From the NCBI GenBank assembly GCA_964406185.1, contig CAYOQS010000003.1, forward strand, positions 48,249-112,248: a DNA stretch of 64,000 bases. Direction: 5' to 3'. A program made the translations under genes and the position numbers. The DNA comes from an uncultured Methanosarcinales archaeon (GTDB lineage: Archaea; Nanobdellota; Nanobdellia; Woesearchaeales; UBA11576). Of the stretch, positions 1-9,069 are shown one piece after another. The notes under the pieces are model-generated. The model did no database searches and was not told the DNA's origin. It was given only the letters and a program-made list of their open reading frames with translations. The number at the start of each line of letters is the position of its first letter. The stretch's first letter is position 1.

Positions 1-212
1 GGCCTGTTCAGCGCGCGAGCCGAAACCCGGCAAATCACAGGCCTGCTGGGGAAAAAGAGGTGATAATTATCGGTCCGGAGCATGAAAGTCTCCAAACCAC
101 CCCCACAGATTACAAGTAAGGAGAGTAGCTACTACTATATAAAACTTTCGTTTATTGAGCATTCTCGAGTAGTAACAAATCTTATAAATAGGAAATAGAG
201 AGCCCAAATTAC

Positions 213-734
213 ATGAAAAACAAGCCCTCACGCTGCCACAAATGCATAAGAAAAGCAGCCCACAAGCTCATCGACAAATGGTACTGCAAGAGATGCTTCT
301 GCGGCCTTGTAGAGCAGAAGATAAGGCAGAACCTCAGAAATTACAAGATCAAGAGAGACAGCAAGCTGCTCGTGAACGATGCGGCAAGCGAATACGTGGT
401 CGGCAGGGTCGTGAAAATACCTGTCCAGACAGTACACGGCAGGAAGAAAGCAGACTACCTCGTGCTGCCCTGGACACTCGATGATGAGAACGAAGAGTTC
501 CTCAACACATTCTTCAAGAACAAGAAGATCGTCACGAAAGAGAACAGGAAAGTCATAAAGCTCTTCGCGCCGGTGTCAAAGAAAGACATGAAGACATACT
601 TCGACTCCAAAAAGATAAAGTACAGACCTGAAAAGACAGAGATCAACGCGATCATGGACAAGCTCGAAGCCAAACACCCCGGCACAAAGACATCATTGAG
701 AAAAAGCGAAGAAAGACTGAAAAAGATACTATGA
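213..734 (+). CDS. hypothetical Lys-rich protein with N-terminal C4 zinc-ribbon
   Basis: 173-aa ORF with CHKC-x17-CKRC near the N-terminus. TATA-like tatataaaa lies ~60 nt upstream. Its last 4 nt (ATGA) overlap the start of the downstream PLD gene. Confidence 0.5.
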   Translation: MKNKPSRCHKCIRKAAHKLIDKWYCKRCFCGLVEQKIRQNLRNYKIKRDSKLLVNDAASEYVVGRVVKIPVQTVHGRKKADYLVLPWTLDDENEEFLNTFFKNKKIVTKENRKVIKLFAPVSKKDMKTYFDSKKIKYRPEKTEINAIMDKLEAKHPGTKTSLRKSEERLKKIL

Positions 735-1768
735 AAGCAAAAAGCAAATGGAAGATAGTCGGAGCGGTGCTTTTCGTCATAATAGTCCTCAACTGGGCCA
801 CGTTCTCAGACCTCTGGAAGAACAACAAGGAAAAACTGACAGAAGATGTTGAAGAGCAGCAGATGGAAGAGAACACCGTTCCGCCAGAAGTCTACTTCTG
901 CCCGCAGGACGACTGCATGACAGAACTGCTGCTGTGGATGGACGCAGCAGAAGAATACATACACTGCGCCTTCTTCGAGGTCGGGCTTGAAGAGGTAAGG
1001 GAGAAGCTTGTCTCAAGAAGCCAGGAGATAGAGGTCGCGCTGATCGTCGATGACAGGTACTACGACGATGTCTCTGACCTGGATTTTGCGCGGCACGACA
1101 ACCGCTCAGGGCTCATGCACAACAAGTTCTGCGTGCTCGATGGAAAAGCAGTGTGGACAGGAAGCTTCAACCCAACACAGCGAGGGAACTTCCACAACAA
1201 TAACAACGTGGTATTCTACCAGTCATCGCTGCTAGCAGACAATTACGAAACAGAATTCCAGGAGATGTGGAACGGAGAGTCCGGAAAAGGCCAACGGAAT
1301 GATGTCACGTCTTTCCAGATCAACAACAAGACAGTCGAACAGTACTTCTGCCCGGAAGACTGGTGCGCCAACAAGGTGATATACGCACTGCAGGACGCTT
1401 CGTCATCAATATACTTCATGACCTTCTCATTCACGCATGACGAGGTGGGAAAGCAAGTACTTTTGAGCGCTGCTGACGGGGTGGAGGTGCGCGGAGTGTT
1501 CGAAAAGTCACAGAACAACCAATATAATGAGTTTGAAAAGCTAGCGCAAGCCGGACTAAACGTCAGATGGGATGGCAACAAGGCGAACATGCACCACAAA
1601 GTGTTCATCATCGACAATAAGACAGTCGTGACGGGCAGCTTCAACCCTTCACGCAACGGCGACGAGAGAAACGACGAGAACCTGATCATAATACACGATG
1701 AAGAAGTCGCTGCACGATACCTTGAAGAGTGGGAGAAGGTCTGGGGAGAGGCAGGCAGCAGGGAATAA
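731..1768 (+). CDS. phospholipase D / nuclease superfamily protein (two HKD motifs) with N-terminal TM anchor
   Basis: HNKFCVLDGKAVWTGSFNPT and HHKVFIIDNKTVVTGSFNPS are a duplicated HxK(x4)D...GSxN signature. Hydrophobic segment WKIVGAVLFVIIVLNWATF at residues 7-25. Confidence 0.8.
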   Translation: MKAKSKWKIVGAVLFVIIVLNWATFSDLWKNNKEKLTEDVEEQQMEENTVPPEVYFCPQDDCMTELLLWMDAAEEYIHCAFFEVGLEEVREKLVSRSQEIEVALIVDDRYYDDVSDLDFARHDNRSGLMHNKFCVLDGKAVWTGSFNPTQRGNFHNNNNVVFYQSSLLADNYETEFQEMWNGESGKGQRNDVTSFQINNKTVEQYFCPEDWCANKVIYALQDASSSIYFMTFSFTHDEVGKQVLLSAADGVEVRGVFEKSQNNQYNEFEKLAQAGLNVRWDGNKANMHHKVFIIDNKTVVTGSFNPSRNGDERNDENLIIIHDEEVAARYLEEWEKVWGEAGSRE

Positions 1769-1824
1769 TCCCAAAACACTTAAATAAACAGGAGAGCATG
1801 CTTGTTCTCAAGAGGTGATATCAT

Positions 1825-2238
1825 ATGGCAGCACTGTTCGGAAAGAAGAAATGGAAAAAGCCTTCTGCAGGGACGACCAAGAGACCACCCATAGTCCCTA
1901 AAGCTACAAAGCCCAAAGCAAGAGGCACGCTAAAACCAAGAGCCACGACCAGGCCAGCAACAAAAGCAAGAACCGCGGCGCCAAAGACAGGTACGAGAAA
2001 AGTCCCCGTGATACCGAAGACAAGAGCGACAAGGACACCAGTAAGAAAAACCTCAGCAGGCACAAGAGCCACGGCAGCGCCAAGAAAGACCGCAGCGACA
2101 AGCACTGCAGGACAGCAGAACGGGCTTTTCGTATCAGCAGACGGAAGGGTGTACCTGTACCACAAGACCATGGGCTGGAAGCTCATGACAAAAAAATCCA
2201 TGGACGCAGCAGTGAAAGCCCTGTTCGGAAGCAGATAA
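1825..2238 (+). CDS. very basic low-complexity K/R/T/P/A-rich protein with ~40-aa C-terminal globular tail; possible nucleic-acid binding
   Basis: SD GAGGTGAT is 6 nt before the ATG, and a T9 tract follows the stop. Composition resembles histone H1/Hc1-like tails. An antisense hydrophobic ORF 1821-2201 is judged a mirror artefact. Confidence 0.5.
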   Translation: MAALFGKKKWKKPSAGTTKRPPIVPKATKPKARGTLKPRATTRPATKARTAAPKTGTRKVPVIPKTRATRTPVRKTSAGTRATAAPRKTAATSTAGQQNGLFVSADGRVYLYHKTMGWKLMTKKSMDAAVKALFGSR

Positions 2239-2241
2239 ATC

Positions 2242-2250
2242 TTTTTTTTT
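2242..2250 (+). terminator. oligo-T (T9) archaeal-type terminator after basic-protein gene
   Basis: cttttttttt directly after the TAA stop at 2236-2238. Confidence 0.4.
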
Positions 2251-2276
2251 CAAACACCCCACAAACAAAACAACAA

Positions 2277-2996
2277 TCACTCCCCTCCGAGATACAATCT
2301 TGAGACACGCTTGTCCTTCAAAAGGTCCTTCCCCCTGCCTGTCAGCTTGTTGCGGCCGGACTCCAGGACATATGCACGGTCAGCTATCTTCAAGGCAGCC
2401 TTAGCGTTCTGCTCCACAAGGATTATGGTGGTGCCCGACCTCTTGATATCAATTATCTTCCTGAAAACATCCTTCATGGCATTAGGAGAAAGCCCGAGCG
2501 AGGGCTCATCAAGCAGCAGGATCCGCGGCTTGAGCATAAGCGCCCTGCCTATGGACAAAAGCTGCTGCTGGCCCCCGCTCAAAAACGTGGCTTTCTTATT
2601 GCGCCACCTCCTGAGTTCCGGGAGGAATGTGTATACTGACCCCTGCCTCTTCTTCATGGTCTTGCTGTCAAGTATGAAACCGCCCATCTCAAGATTCTCC
2701 TCGACAGTCATTGTAGGGAAGACCTGTCTGCCTTGCGGGACGAAGCTGATGCCGAGCCTTGTAATGTCGTGAGGCTGCTTCCGTGAGATGAGCTTCCTGT
2801 CAACACCTATCCTGCCGCGCTTCTCCTGAATGACACCGGCAATGCTCTTCAATGTGGTGGACTTGCCGCAGCCGTTCGGGCCTATTATCGCGACGAGCTC
2901 GCCTTCATAGACATCCATATCAATGCCGAACAGAACCTGGAGGGGACCGTACCAAGCCTCAAGATCCTTGACTTTAAGTATATGCCCCAGGTTCAT
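2277..2996 (-). CDS. livF: branched-chain amino acid ABC transporter ATP-binding protein (LivF-type)
   Basis: Walker A GPNGCGKST, signature LSGGQQQLLSIGRAL, Walker B LLLDEPSLGL. It is the last gene of the operon. Confidence 0.9.
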   Translation of the reverse strand: MNLGHILKVKDLEAWYGPLQVLFGIDMDVYEGELVAIIGPNGCGKSTTLKSIAGVIQEKRGRIGVDRKLISRKQPHDITRLGISFVPQGRQVFPTMTVEENLEMGGFILDSKTMKKRQGSVYTFLPELRRWRNKKATFLSGGQQQLLSIGRALMLKPRILLLDEPSLGLSPNAMKDVFRKIIDIKRSGTTIILVEQNAKAALKIADRAYVLESGRNKLTGRGKDLLKDKRVSRLYLGGE

Positions 2997-3766
2997 GCCA
3001 ACACCCCCTCACCGTTACCGAGATAAGCCTCTAGGACCTTCTTGTTGCGCATGACCTCTTTAGGAGTTCCTACAGCAATCTCCTTACAGTGGTCAAGCAC
3101 GATGACTTTCTCGCAGACATCCATGACAAAAGGCATGTCATGCTCTATGAGCAGTATCGTCTTGCCCTCTTTCTTCAGCCTCCTCAGCACCTCCTTGATA
3201 TGCTTCCTCATGGTCGGGTTCACACCAGCGACGGGCTCGTCAAGAAGAATTATGTCCGCGCCTGTCGCGAGAACCCTTGCTATCTCTACCAGCTTCTGCT
3301 GGCCGTACGAAAGGTTCTCTGCAAGAGCTTGCTCTTTCTTCTCTAATCCCACAAGCTTCAGGTACTTCACGCAACGCCTCTGCTTCTTCCGCTCCTCCCT
3401 CTTCACCATATGCGGCCTCAGGAAGATATTAAGGAGGCTCTCGCCAGAATGCCTCTCAGCGAGGAGAAGATTCTCCATCACGGTCAGCTTAGGGAAAAGC
3501 CTGATGAGCTGGAACGTCCTTGTCATGCCCAAGTTCGACACCTGGAAAGGCCTCATCCCGACAAGAGAGCGGTTCCTGTACCTGATCGTGCCGTTGTCCG
3601 GCCTGATGAAACCCGTGATGAGGTTGAAGACAGTTGTCTTGCCCGCACCATTAGGGCCTATCAATGCAGTGATGCTGTTCTTATCCACCGTGAAAGAACA
3701 GTCCTGGACTGCCTTGATGCCGCCGAAGCTCCGGGATAGGTTACACACCTTAAGCACCGCCATCAC
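2993..3766 (-). CDS. livG: branched-chain amino acid ABC transporter ATP-binding protein (LivG-type)
   Basis: GPNGAGKTT, LSYGQQKLVEIARVL, ILLDEP. 4-nt overlap with livF. Confidence 0.9.
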   Translation of the reverse strand: MMAVLKVCNLSRSFGGIKAVQDCSFTVDKNSITALIGPNGAGKTTVFNLITGFIRPDNGTIRYRNRSLVGMRPFQVSNLGMTRTFQLIRLFPKLTVMENLLLAERHSGESLLNIFLRPHMVKREERKKQRRCVKYLKLVGLEKKEQALAENLSYGQQKLVEIARVLATGADIILLDEPVAGVNPTMRKHIKEVLRRLKKEGKTILLIEHDMPFVMDVCEKVIVLDHCKEIAVGTPKEVMRNKKVLEAYLGNGEGVLA

Positions 3767-4643
3767 CCCTCCTGAACCTGTACCTCCCGAGCAGACCGTT
3801 CGGACGCACCATGAGTATCATCACGAGCAGAAACGCGAAAATGAACTGGCGCAGAGCACCCACAGCATAACTCGGAAGGGGAAGGAACCTTAACGGCTCG
3901 GGCAGGAGCAGGATGATGATAACACCCACAACCGAACCCCCCACACTGCCAAGCCCACCGACAATCACCATAGAGACTATCATTATGGACTCCAGCACAA
4001 CAAAAGAGGAAGGGTCGATGAACGTTATGTAATGCGCGTAAAGACTCCCCGCAATTCCTGCAAAGAAGGCAGATATAGCCAAGGCTATCGTCTTGTATCT
4101 TGTAGTGTCCTTGCCCAATGATTTCGCCACCAGCTCATCCTCCCGTATCGCCTGAAGGACACGGCCGAAAGGCGTGCCTGTGACATACCTTATGAAAAGA
4201 TATGTCAGTATCGCGAACAAGAACACCAACAGCATGTAAGAGAATGTTGAGCTGAACGAAAAACCGAACAGGACAGGCTTGGGTATGCCCGGAATGCCAA
4301 GCGGGCCGTTCGTCAAGGATATCCAGTTCCTCATCACTGCCTCTGCGATTATCGCAAAGCCCAGAGTGGCCAATGCCAAATAATCCCCTTTGAGTTTTAT
4401 CGTCGGTATCGCCAGCAGTACGCCGAACACTGCGGCCACAACACCCCCTATGAGCATCGCAGGCCAGAAAGACAATCCTATCTTGACCGCCAAGAGAGCT
4501 GAGGTGTAAGCGCCGATACCATAGAACGCAATATGACCTATGTTCAACAGTCCGGTAAAACCCAACGCAAGGTTCAAGCTAATCGCGAGTATGGCGTAGA
4601 TACCGATCAGCACAAGCAGATGCATCAAATAAGCCTCGATCAT
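3750..4643 (-). CDS. livM: branched-chain amino acid ABC transporter permease (LivM-type)
   Basis: 297-aa polytopic protein with 8-10 hydrophobic helices, positioned between the ATPase and LivH genes. Confidence 0.85.
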   Translation of the reverse strand: MIEAYLMHLLVLIGIYAILAISLNLALGFTGLLNIGHIAFYGIGAYTSALLAVKIGLSFWPAMLIGGVVAAVFGVLLAIPTIKLKGDYLALATLGFAIIAEAVMRNWISLTNGPLGIPGIPKPVLFGFSFSSTFSYMLLVFLFAILTYLFIRYVTGTPFGRVLQAIREDELVAKSLGKDTTRYKTIALAISAFFAGIAGSLYAHYITFIDPSSFVVLESIMIVSMVIVGGLGSVGGSVVGVIIILLLPEPLRFLPLPSYAVGALRQFIFAFLLVMILMVRPNGLLGRYRFRRGDGGA

Positions 4644-5527
4644 CCAGACACCTCCTCACGAGTCTTAGTGCCGAAGATGCCCTGCGGACGGAATAGCAGG
4701 AACAAGATAAGGAGGACAAAAGCGATAGCGTCTTTATAGCCTGAAGGCAGGAACCATATGCCTAAGTTCTCCACGATACCTATAAGGAACCCGCCAAGCA
4801 GAGCAGCAGGCACGTTGCCGATACCGCCGACAATGCTCGCAGTGATGCCCTTAAGTACTGCTCCGAAACCCATGTTATGGTCAAGGTTCTGCTCGAAAGC
4901 GACAAGGATGCCGCTCAGGCCAGCGATTACGCTGCTGAAAATGAATGTCAATCCTATCGTTCTCTCGACATCTATACCCAAAGTAGAAGCGACGCTCCTG
5001 TCGTCGGACACGGCGCGCATCGCCTTGCCCAGACGCACATACCTCATGATGACAAGCAGTATCACGAACATGACTGCAGAGCAGGCAACCAAAATCAGCT
5101 GCGTAGGAGTAATAAGCAACCCGAAAACCCCCCAGCCTTTAGCTATCGGCAGGCCGAACGTCTTGATGTCAGCACCAAAGAACAACAGCACAAGAGCAGT
5201 TATCGCAAGGAAGACGCCGAACGAAGCCAGCAGAAGAGTGAAATTGTCCGCTCCCCTGTCACGCAAAGGCCTGAATACAGCCATGTTTATAGCAAGACCC
5301 ATGATCCCCGAGACAACCAAAGCGAAAAGGATGGACAGCACCAAAGGAAGGCCAAGAACGTTATTGAAAGCATAAGCAACGAAAGCCCCGACTACAAAGA
5401 CAGCCCCAGGACTAAGGTCAAGGAACTTCACAATATTGAATATAAGCGAGAAGCTGGACGCCATAAGGGCGTAGATCGCTCCCGCGATGATTCCGTTCGT
5501 GAGTAGTTGGGGGAGTATCATCGTCAT
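4640..5527 (-). CDS. livH: branched-chain amino acid ABC transporter permease (LivH-type)
   Basis: Polytopic membrane protein. ATGA overlap with livM. The ATG at 5527 follows a GTG at 5530. Confidence 0.85.
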   Translation of the reverse strand: MTMILPQLLTNGIIAGAIYALMASSFSLIFNIVKFLDLSPGAVFVVGAFVAYAFNNVLGLPLVLSILFALVVSGIMGLAINMAVFRPLRDRGADNFTLLLASFGVFLAITALVLLFFGADIKTFGLPIAKGWGVFGLLITPTQLILVACSAVMFVILLVIMRYVRLGKAMRAVSDDRSVASTLGIDVERTIGLTFIFSSVIAGLSGILVAFEQNLDHNMGFGAVLKGITASIVGGIGNVPAALLGGFLIGIVENLGIWFLPSGYKDAIAFVLLILFLLFRPQGIFGTKTREEVSG

Positions 5528-5570
5528 CACTGTGGTGGCGCATAATCAAAAAAGAAAAAAAGAAAAAAAA

Positions 5571-6689
5571 TCAGCCTATTGTCACAGGCCTCCCGTCCTC
5601 AATCATGCGGACGACCGCTTCAGAATGGACAATACCCTTACTGTCTACCTCAAGCTCGCCAAGAGCGCCGTCGAACATATCAATCTTCTTGAGCTCTGCT
5701 ATTACATCATCTGTATCAGGCACTGACTTGCCGTCACCGGCCTTTTCGTATGCAGTGACCAGCAGGTTGAACACATCATAGGCGTTCGGAGAACCTATAG
5801 AGTATGCCTCACCAAACCTCTGCTCAAACGCTCTGCTGAATTCATCTGTAGGGTCAGCTGCCTGGACATACCACTGTCCTTCGAAAAGGCCCATCTGCTC
5901 TGTATACTCGAAGCATTCAATGCCCGAAAGGGGGGTATCAATTCCCAACTCCCTTGTCTGCTTGGTAAGGATCTCAAGCTCGGGTGATAAAGTCTGCATG
6001 AGGTAAACGTCAGGATCATGCTGGCGGAGCTTCATGATTATTGTCTTAAAATCCCTGGTGCCCAGGCCGAAAACCTCCTCATACACCTCAATGCCACGCA
6101 TCTCTAACTCCTCTTTCATCTTGTCATTTATAGCGATGGCTCCCTGCTGGTTCATCAGAAAAACACCGACCTTCTTTATGCCACGCCTCTCTGCCTCTTC
6201 AGCCCATTTTCTGGCCTCTTCATCGGGGGTTGTCCAATGTATGAAGTTATACTTCCCCTTGGCGATATTCTCATCTGAAGCAATACCGAAATGTATCACA
6301 TCATGCTGCGTAGCCAGGGGAGTGACGACATTGCCTGTGCCTGAAGTTATAGACATGATGGCATCCACGCCATCAACACTGATCAGCTTATTCGCAGCAG
6401 TAGATGTGACTTTCGGGTTAAGCTGGTCGTCCTCCAATAATATCCTATAATTATACTTTGTCTCACCCAACATCTCCTTCGCAAGAACAAGAGCATCGCT
6501 AGCCCCTTCGCCAATAAACGCACTCGAACCGCTAAGAGGCAATACCGCACCTATATTCACGACGGGCTTCTGCTTCTCAACAGCGACTGCCTTGCCTGTT
6601 ATGGTCTTCGCATCTGTGCCGCATCCTGAGATGAGCAGCAAAAGCACAAACAGCGATGCCGAAATGATCAAAACAATCCTGTTATCCAT
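5571..6689 (-). CDS. livK: ABC transporter substrate-binding lipoprotein (LivK/type-I periplasmic-binding fold)
   Basis: N-terminal signal with lipobox LISGC. Body is typical of Leu/Ile/Val-binding protein family SBPs. Confidence 0.85.
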   Translation of the reverse strand: MDNRIVLIISASLFVLLLLISGCGTDAKTITGKAVAVEKQKPVVNIGAVLPLSGSSAFIGEGASDALVLAKEMLGETKYNYRILLEDDQLNPKVTSTAANKLISVDGVDAIMSITSGTGNVVTPLATQHDVIHFGIASDENIAKGKYNFIHWTTPDEEARKWAEEAERRGIKKVGVFLMNQQGAIAINDKMKEELEMRGIEVYEEVFGLGTRDFKTIIMKLRQHDPDVYLMQTLSPELEILTKQTRELGIDTPLSGIECFEYTEQMGLFEGQWYVQAADPTDEFSRAFEQRFGEAYSIGSPNAYDVFNLLVTAYEKAGDGKSVPDTDDVIAELKKIDMFDGALGELEVDSKGIVHSEAVVRMIEDGRPVTIG

Positions 6690-6724
6690 TTTCCATACCT
6701 CACATAATCATATCTCAACAAAAA

Positions 6725-7882
6725 TCAGCCGTCCAACGGGACAGACTCTGAATCTTCGACAACCATCACGCTGAACTCTGCGGTGGCGAGGTCGCCCCTG
6801 CTGTCAAACTCCACGAGCGGAAGCGCGACAGCTTCTGTATAGTGCAGATCCTGAAGAGCGTCCCTTATCGCCTCCTTGTCAGTCCCGACCTCCTCTATGA
6901 CTGAAGCGAAAATATGCACCGAGTCATATCCCGTCGAAGTGAATGCGTTGGTGCTCTTTCCCGTAACCTGCGTGACCCTCTCCTTGAAATCATCAGGATT
7001 GCTTATCTCTGCGATGGTGAACATAACACCCTCAGCAACACCTGACTTGAAGAACTCATCAGACTCGAAAGCATCGCCGCCGATCATAAGGACATCCAGA
7101 CCTGACTCCTTGACCTGCCTCACAGCGTTTATCCCCGTAGCAGGATACAGAGGCACGTAGATCATATCAGGGTCCGCAGCCTTGAGCTTCGCTATGACGC
7201 TCCTGAAATCCTTAGCATCCTGGGCCACACCCTCGTCGAAGACAACCTCACCACCAAGTTCCTCGAACCGCTGGACAAACACCTCTTCAAGGCCCTGCCC
7301 CCAGTCATTCTGGACATACAGGACAGCAGCCTTCCGCTTGCCGAGCTCATCAAAAACGAATTCCGCAGCAAAACTTCCCTGGAAAGAATCAGAAGGATAA
7401 GTTCTGAAAACATAATCTCCGATGCCAGTCAGTCGCGGAGCAGAACCCCAGAATATGACCGGCGTGCCGCTCTGTTGGGCAACAGGAAGCGAAGCGCTGC
7501 ACACACCTGAACAGATAGAGCCGACAACAACATCAACACCGTCAACATTCACCAGCTTGTTCATCGCAGTCACGCCTTCCTTGGCAGTGCACTTGTCATC
7601 CTCAACAAAAAGGACAAGCTCCCTTCCGTCTACGCCGCCAGCGTCATTGATCTCCTTCACAGCAAGCTCAATGCCCGCAGTTATGCTCTCACCATAACTC
7701 GCACCCTCACCTGTCAGCGGCAAGGATACACCTATCTTTATAGGACCTTTCTCCTGAACCTTTACTGCGTGACCTGTGACTTTCTTCACAGTCTGATCAT
7801 CTGGCATGAATACCAGAACCGCGCCAACGATGACTATCAGCACCACGATAACGCCCAATAGTATCTGAACTGCTTTCTCCAT
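6725..7882 (-). CDS. second ABC transporter substrate-binding protein (LivK family), N-terminal TM anchor
   Basis: Signal-anchor VQILLGVIVVLIVIVGAVLVF, then a type-I PBP fold similar to the neighbouring SBP. First gene of the operon. Confidence 0.85.
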   Translation of the reverse strand: MEKAVQILLGVIVVLIVIVGAVLVFMPDDQTVKKVTGHAVKVQEKGPIKIGVSLPLTGEGASYGESITAGIELAVKEINDAGGVDGRELVLFVEDDKCTAKEGVTAMNKLVNVDGVDVVVGSICSGVCSASLPVAQQSGTPVIFWGSAPRLTGIGDYVFRTYPSDSFQGSFAAEFVFDELGKRKAAVLYVQNDWGQGLEEVFVQRFEELGGEVVFDEGVAQDAKDFRSVIAKLKAADPDMIYVPLYPATGINAVRQVKESGLDVLMIGGDAFESDEFFKSGVAEGVMFTIAEISNPDDFKERVTQVTGKSTNAFTSTGYDSVHIFASVIEEVGTDKEAIRDALQDLHYTEAVALPLVEFDSRGDLATAEFSVMVVEDSESVPLDG

Positions 7883-7920
7883 GTTTTCACCACCCTCCTC
7901 GGATGAATTCTTTACGAATT

Positions 7921-8035
7921 TAATTACTGATTAGTTACGAAAGAGGCGGGCGGGAATATATATAAATTTTTATTATAATTTATAAATATATTAGATATTT
8001 CGAAAAATTTAAATAAAAGGTTGTATTAGTGCTAA
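7921..8035. promoter_or_regulatory. AT-rich divergent promoter region with several TATA-like boxes
   Basis: atatatataaatttttattataatttataaatatattagatatttcg lies between the SBP gene start (7882, -) and the AbrB-PhoU gene (+). Confidence 0.45.
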
Positions 8036-8039
8036 ATAA

Positions 8040-8180
8040 AGAGCAGAAGCCGCGCAGCCAAGCCCTACTCCGCTTTACTGCGTAAAGCTCCGCCTGGCCC
8101 CGCCTGCTCCGAGAGCACTTCGCGTGTGCAAAAGCAGGCAATGCAGGCGCAGACGGTCTTGGCTGCGCTCGGAGAGCAAC
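8040..8180 (+). other. GC-rich, highly self-complementary 5' leader / candidate structured RNA upstream of AbrB-PhoU gene
   Basis: An abrupt GC island follows the AT-rich promoter. gcgcagccaagcc (8052-8064) pairs with ggcttggctgcgc (~8157-8169). Hairpin gctttac-tgc-gtaaagc at 8072-8088. Repeated ctccg(a/g)gagc. ORFs in this region are R/S/P/A-rich artefacts. Confidence 0.3.
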
Positions 8181-8183
8181 AAT

Positions 8184-9068
8184 ATGAAAAGACGCGTCGT
8201 AGAGCAGGGTGGGCTGACCCTGATGATAAGCCTGCCAAGGAAATGGGCAAAAAAGCACGGCCTGTCCAAAGGGGACGAGCTGGAGCTCACAGAGAGAGGG
8301 AAAGAGCTAGTGCTGGCCACCTCAAAAGGGCTTGAAGAAGAGTCCAGGACAACCGTAGAGATAGACCCTGCGAAGTTCATGGGCAGGCTGATACACGCAC
8401 CATACAGGTTCGGATACAAAGAGCTCGAGATAAAATACCCAGACCCATCTGTCGTGCCAGAGATAGAACATTACCTGGACCAGACACTAGGATACGAGAT
8501 AGTCGAGCAAGGCACAAACCACATGAAAATAGAGATGGTCGCGAGCGAAGCAGAAGGGGACTTCGACAAGATGCTCCGCAGGATAATGCTGCTGGCACTT
8601 GACATGGTAAAGGACCTGACTACTGCAGCAGAAGAAGGCGACACTGAAAAGCTCAAAGAGATCGCAGGGCGGGAGAAAACAAGCAACAAGCTCACCAACT
8701 ACTGCGAAAGGATACTCAACAAGCACGGATACACAGACATCAAGAAGACAAGCTTCATGTACTGCACAGTCTGGGCCATGGAGCAGGTGGTGGACGATAT
8801 AAGCGACATGTGCGAGATACTGGCAGGATGCGGAAAAAAAGAAATGATGTGCGATATCCTCAACGCGTTCTCAGGATACATCCGCAAGTTCAACAGCGTA
8901 TTCTACAAGCACCCATACGAAGAACTCTGGAAATTCCGCAGCGAATACGACAAGTTCATGAAGAATATAGAAAAGACGAAAGCGAAAACACCTGAAGAAT
9001 ACAAGGTACTCGCGCTCATGACGAGCGCAACAGAAAAGATGAGGCATGTGACGATATCACTGCTATGA
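8184..9068 (+). CDS. AbrB/SpoVT-type swapped-hairpin DNA-binding domain fused to PhoU-like helical domain (archaeal 'phosphate uptake regulator'-type)
   Basis: ATG at 8184 preceded by GGAGAG. N-terminal LTLMISLPRKWAKKHGLSKGDELEL matches the AbrB-N fold. Confidence 0.75.
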   Translation: MKRRVVEQGGLTLMISLPRKWAKKHGLSKGDELELTERGKELVLATSKGLEEESRTTVEIDPAKFMGRLIHAPYRFGYKELEIKYPDPSVVPEIEHYLDQTLGYEIVEQGTNHMKIEMVASEAEGDFDKMLRRIMLLALDMVKDLTTAAEEGDTEKLKEIAGREKTSNKLTNYCERILNKHGYTDIKKTSFMYCTVWAMEQVVDDISDMCEILAGCGKKEMMCDILNAFSGYIRKFNSVFYKHPYEELWKFRSEYDKFMKNIEKTKAKTPEEYKVLALMTSATEKMRHVTISLL

Positions 9069-9069
9069 A

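Noticed and set aside
1-63. Possible 3' end of an upstream gene (..GLFSAREAETRQITGLLGKKR*)
   Set aside because: Only 20 codons are visible, so it cannot be supported.
1821-2201. 126-aa hydrophobic ORF antisense to the basic-protein gene
   Set aside because: Mirror-image low-complexity (A/V/L/G) of the K/R/T-rich sense frame. The sense gene has SD + ATG + oligo-T terminator; the antisense ORF has no start context.
3042-5506. Multiple 100-280-aa plus-strand ORFs inside livG/livM/livH
   Set aside because: Antisense to strongly supported ABC genes. Ser/Arg/Pro-rich, with no motifs.
8124-8183. N-terminal extension (MCKSRQCRRRRSWLRSESNN) of the AbrB-PhoU ORF and overlapping minus-strand ORFs 7980-8419
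   Set aside because: They lie in the GC-rich non-coding leader. Translations are R/S/P/A-rich nonsense. A better start is at 8184 with GGAGAG.
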